64,000 bases of DNA, taken from an uncultured Clostridia bacterium (lineage in GTDB: Bacteria; Bacillota; Clostridia; TANB77; CAG-508). The notes below the pieces were generated by a model, which was not told where the DNA came from, searched no databases, and saw nothing but the letters and a program-made list of their open reading frames with translations. Positions 62,692 through 64,000 of this stretch are shown piece after piece. Location of the stretch: NCBI GenBank assembly GCA_944387555.1, contig CALXFH010000004.1, forward strand, positions 12,483 through 76,482. Direction: 5' to 3'. The translations under genes and the position numbers were made by a program. Position 1 is the stretch's first letter; every line of letters starts with the position of its first letter.

Positions 62692-63553
62692 TTATAAAGA
62701 AGTCCTTTTACCTATTAGTTTCTTTATCCTTACTTTGTCCCTTTTTATTTTTCTTTCTATATATTCATATGGCTGTTTTTTATAAAGCATTGCCTCATAT
62801 ATATCTTTTTGAAAATACAACTTACTTTTATCATAATCAAATTCTTCAAAATTTTCAAAAGATATTTCATAATCATTTATATTTAAGCCATTAAATCTTT
62901 TTTTATTAATAATTACATTACTGCATAAATTAACAACTATGGCTTCATCTGGAATATTGTATTTGTTTACTTCTTCACTTGTAAAATCCACATTTAATAT
63001 AATCTTTGACCTTATAAGACTTTTTTTCTTATTATTTGTCACTGTTATCATTGTACCTTCTTTTTCTAATATATCTTTTTCTAATTTTTTAAACTTTCCG
63101 GCATTGGTTGTTACTATATTAACACTTTTATATGTCCTTATAATGTTTTTTATATTTTCTATTATGTAATCACTATCATTTTTATTTACCATTATACTTA
63201 CATTTGTTTCTTCTTTTTTTAACTTTTCCTTTTTTACTATATAATCTAGTACCTTATTTGATAACACGCAAAATAGCCATCTTCCATTTACTATATTTAT
63301 TCCATAACCACTCAATAATTTTACAAAATCTTCTTGTCTTTTCAAATTTTTACTTAAAATTACAGATTTACAACCGGCTTTTATCTAAAATCTTTTTTAT
63401 TTTTTTTGCTAAAATCCTAGCTTTTTTATCATCTAATACTTCTCCATAATTTACAGGTAATATAATTTTATCTTCTATTATCTCAACTATATTAAATATT
63501 CTAGCCACCAATACAGGCTTGTCAGTTTCTTGAATATAATACAAAAAAATCAC
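62692..63553 (-). pseudogene. Hypothetical protein, apparently one gene split by a 1-nt frameshift
   Basis: ORF 63368-63553 ends ...AKKIKKILDKSRL*. The +1 frame is open from 63384 and reads IKAGCKSVILSKNLKRQEDFVKLL... into ORF 62692-63345. The switch must lie within 63371-63384, which contains an A4 run on the coding strand. The 5' start is uncertain (GTG 63553 or TTG 63544 behind GGGAG). Confidence 0.55.
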
Positions 63554-63601
63554 TCCCTATATATTTTATTAAAATATATGTGAGTGATTTTTAATTTATA
63601 A

Positions 63602-64000
63602 CTATAAAATTATATCTCTTTTTAATAAATTATTTTTTACAGTTCCTAAACCTATAAATTTTCCAGAACTATAAATTCTATAAACTCCATCTTTATTTTC
63701 ATTACTTAATCTTACACCATTTAAAAATAACATTAATTTCTTAGAATTTAATTCTATTTCTTCCTTATCCTTAAATAATTCTTCAATTGATATTATATGT
63801 TTTTCCAAACTTTCTTTATCTGTGCTATCATCTATTATAATTGAATTCTTTATACTAAATTCTCCAACCTTTAGTCTCTCTAGCCCTGACATATATCCTA
63901 TTGTCCCTAATTTTTTAGCAATATCTGTGCACAAACTTCTTATATATGTTCCTTTTGAACAACTTACTTTAAATTCTATTTCTTTACTTAACTTATTTAT
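63602..64000 (-). CDS. truB: tRNA pseudouridine(55) synthase TruB, 3' portion (5' end beyond the right edge)
   Basis: The frame is open to position 64000. Own translation of 63935-64000 gives ...INKLSKEIEFKVSCSKGTYIRSLCTDIAKKLGT..., containing the TruB block CSKGTYIRSL, followed by a PUA-like C-terminus. Confidence 0.8.
   Translation of the reverse strand: MNKLSKEIEFKVSCSKGTYIRSLCTDIAKKLGTIGYMSGLERLKVGEFSIKNSIIIDDSTDKESLEKHIISIEELFKDKEEIELNSKKLMLFLNGVRLSNENKDGVYRIYSSGKFIGLGTVKNNLLKRDIIL

Noticed and set aside
35-63449. About 45 plus-strand ORFs of 60-175 aa in the ORF track that lie inside, and antisense to, long minus-strand genes (for example 35-346, 1254-1484, 3628-3852, 22528-23052, 23311-23652, 38207-38539, 47251-47673, 60150-61055).
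   Set aside because: Their translations are low-complexity and L/F/I/Y/S-rich, which is typical of the antisense frame of AT-rich coding DNA. They have no RBS and no recognisable motifs. Every one is nested in a minus-strand gene with strong motif support.
1-64000. CRISPR arrays, rRNA genes, intact tRNA genes, integrases, IS transposases and prophage modules.
   Set aside because: I looked for regularly spaced direct repeats, rRNA-like conserved blocks, tRNA cloverleaf blocks, and recombinase or phage structural motifs. I found only the decayed tRNA-like fragment at 50300-50352 and the split Rpn-family gene.

Overview
This is a very AT-rich chromosomal segment from a spore-forming, low-GC Firmicute that looks Clostridia-like. 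No composition statistics were computed. I support about 60 protein genes. All but two (5895-6560 and 49806-50075) are on the minus strand, so the minus strand is probably the leading strand here.

Housekeeping backbone, left to right on the plus coordinate:
- amaP-like / asp23, then addA with no adjacent addB
- a Bax-inhibitor-1 family protein
- lgt-lspA
- a DUF4143 ATPase
- a heterodimeric ABC exporter
- lexA
- the sporulation block spoIIAA-spoIIAB-sigF-spoIID-(SpoIIQ-like M23 peptidase)
- valS, behind a T-box leader and an interposed aldose-epimerase-like gene
- a FIST / aldehyde dehydrogenase / Fe-alcohol dehydrogenase cluster
- dgkA and a PAP2 phosphatase
- csoR-copA-copZ
- argS, galE, cysS, a class A PBP, and the 3' part of truB

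Accessory or unusual content:
1. A roughly 10-kb array of seven lipoprotein genes (lipobox L-T/V-G-C-G), with embedded Sel1 and MORN proteins, lies directly downstream of lgt-lspA.
2. A four-gene sortase / LPKTG-cohesin / dockerin-tagged GH73-like peptidoglycan hydrolase / membrane-anchored cohesin operon occupies 40096-45500. This is the best candidate for an undescribed system.
3. A family of GGGAC/GTCCC-containing palindromic intergenic elements occurs here. One copy sits between spoIIAA and spoIIAB.
4. A duplicated promoter module is present. One copy drives a leader in which a terminator abuts the RBS.
5. A decayed tRNA-Lys-like 5' fragment abuts a GIY-YIG / XRE-BNR sensor / ECF sigma and anti-sigma block.

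Four genes (spoIID, an ECF sigma factor, an Rpn-family nuclease, and a hypothetical next to truB) are each split by what looks like one extra base in or beside a short A-run of the coding strand. That pattern is as consistent with sequencing indel error as with real pseudogenes.

I saw no rRNA, intact tRNA, CRISPR array, integrase or IS transposase. All functional calls come from motifs read by eye in the supplied translations. No database search was run.
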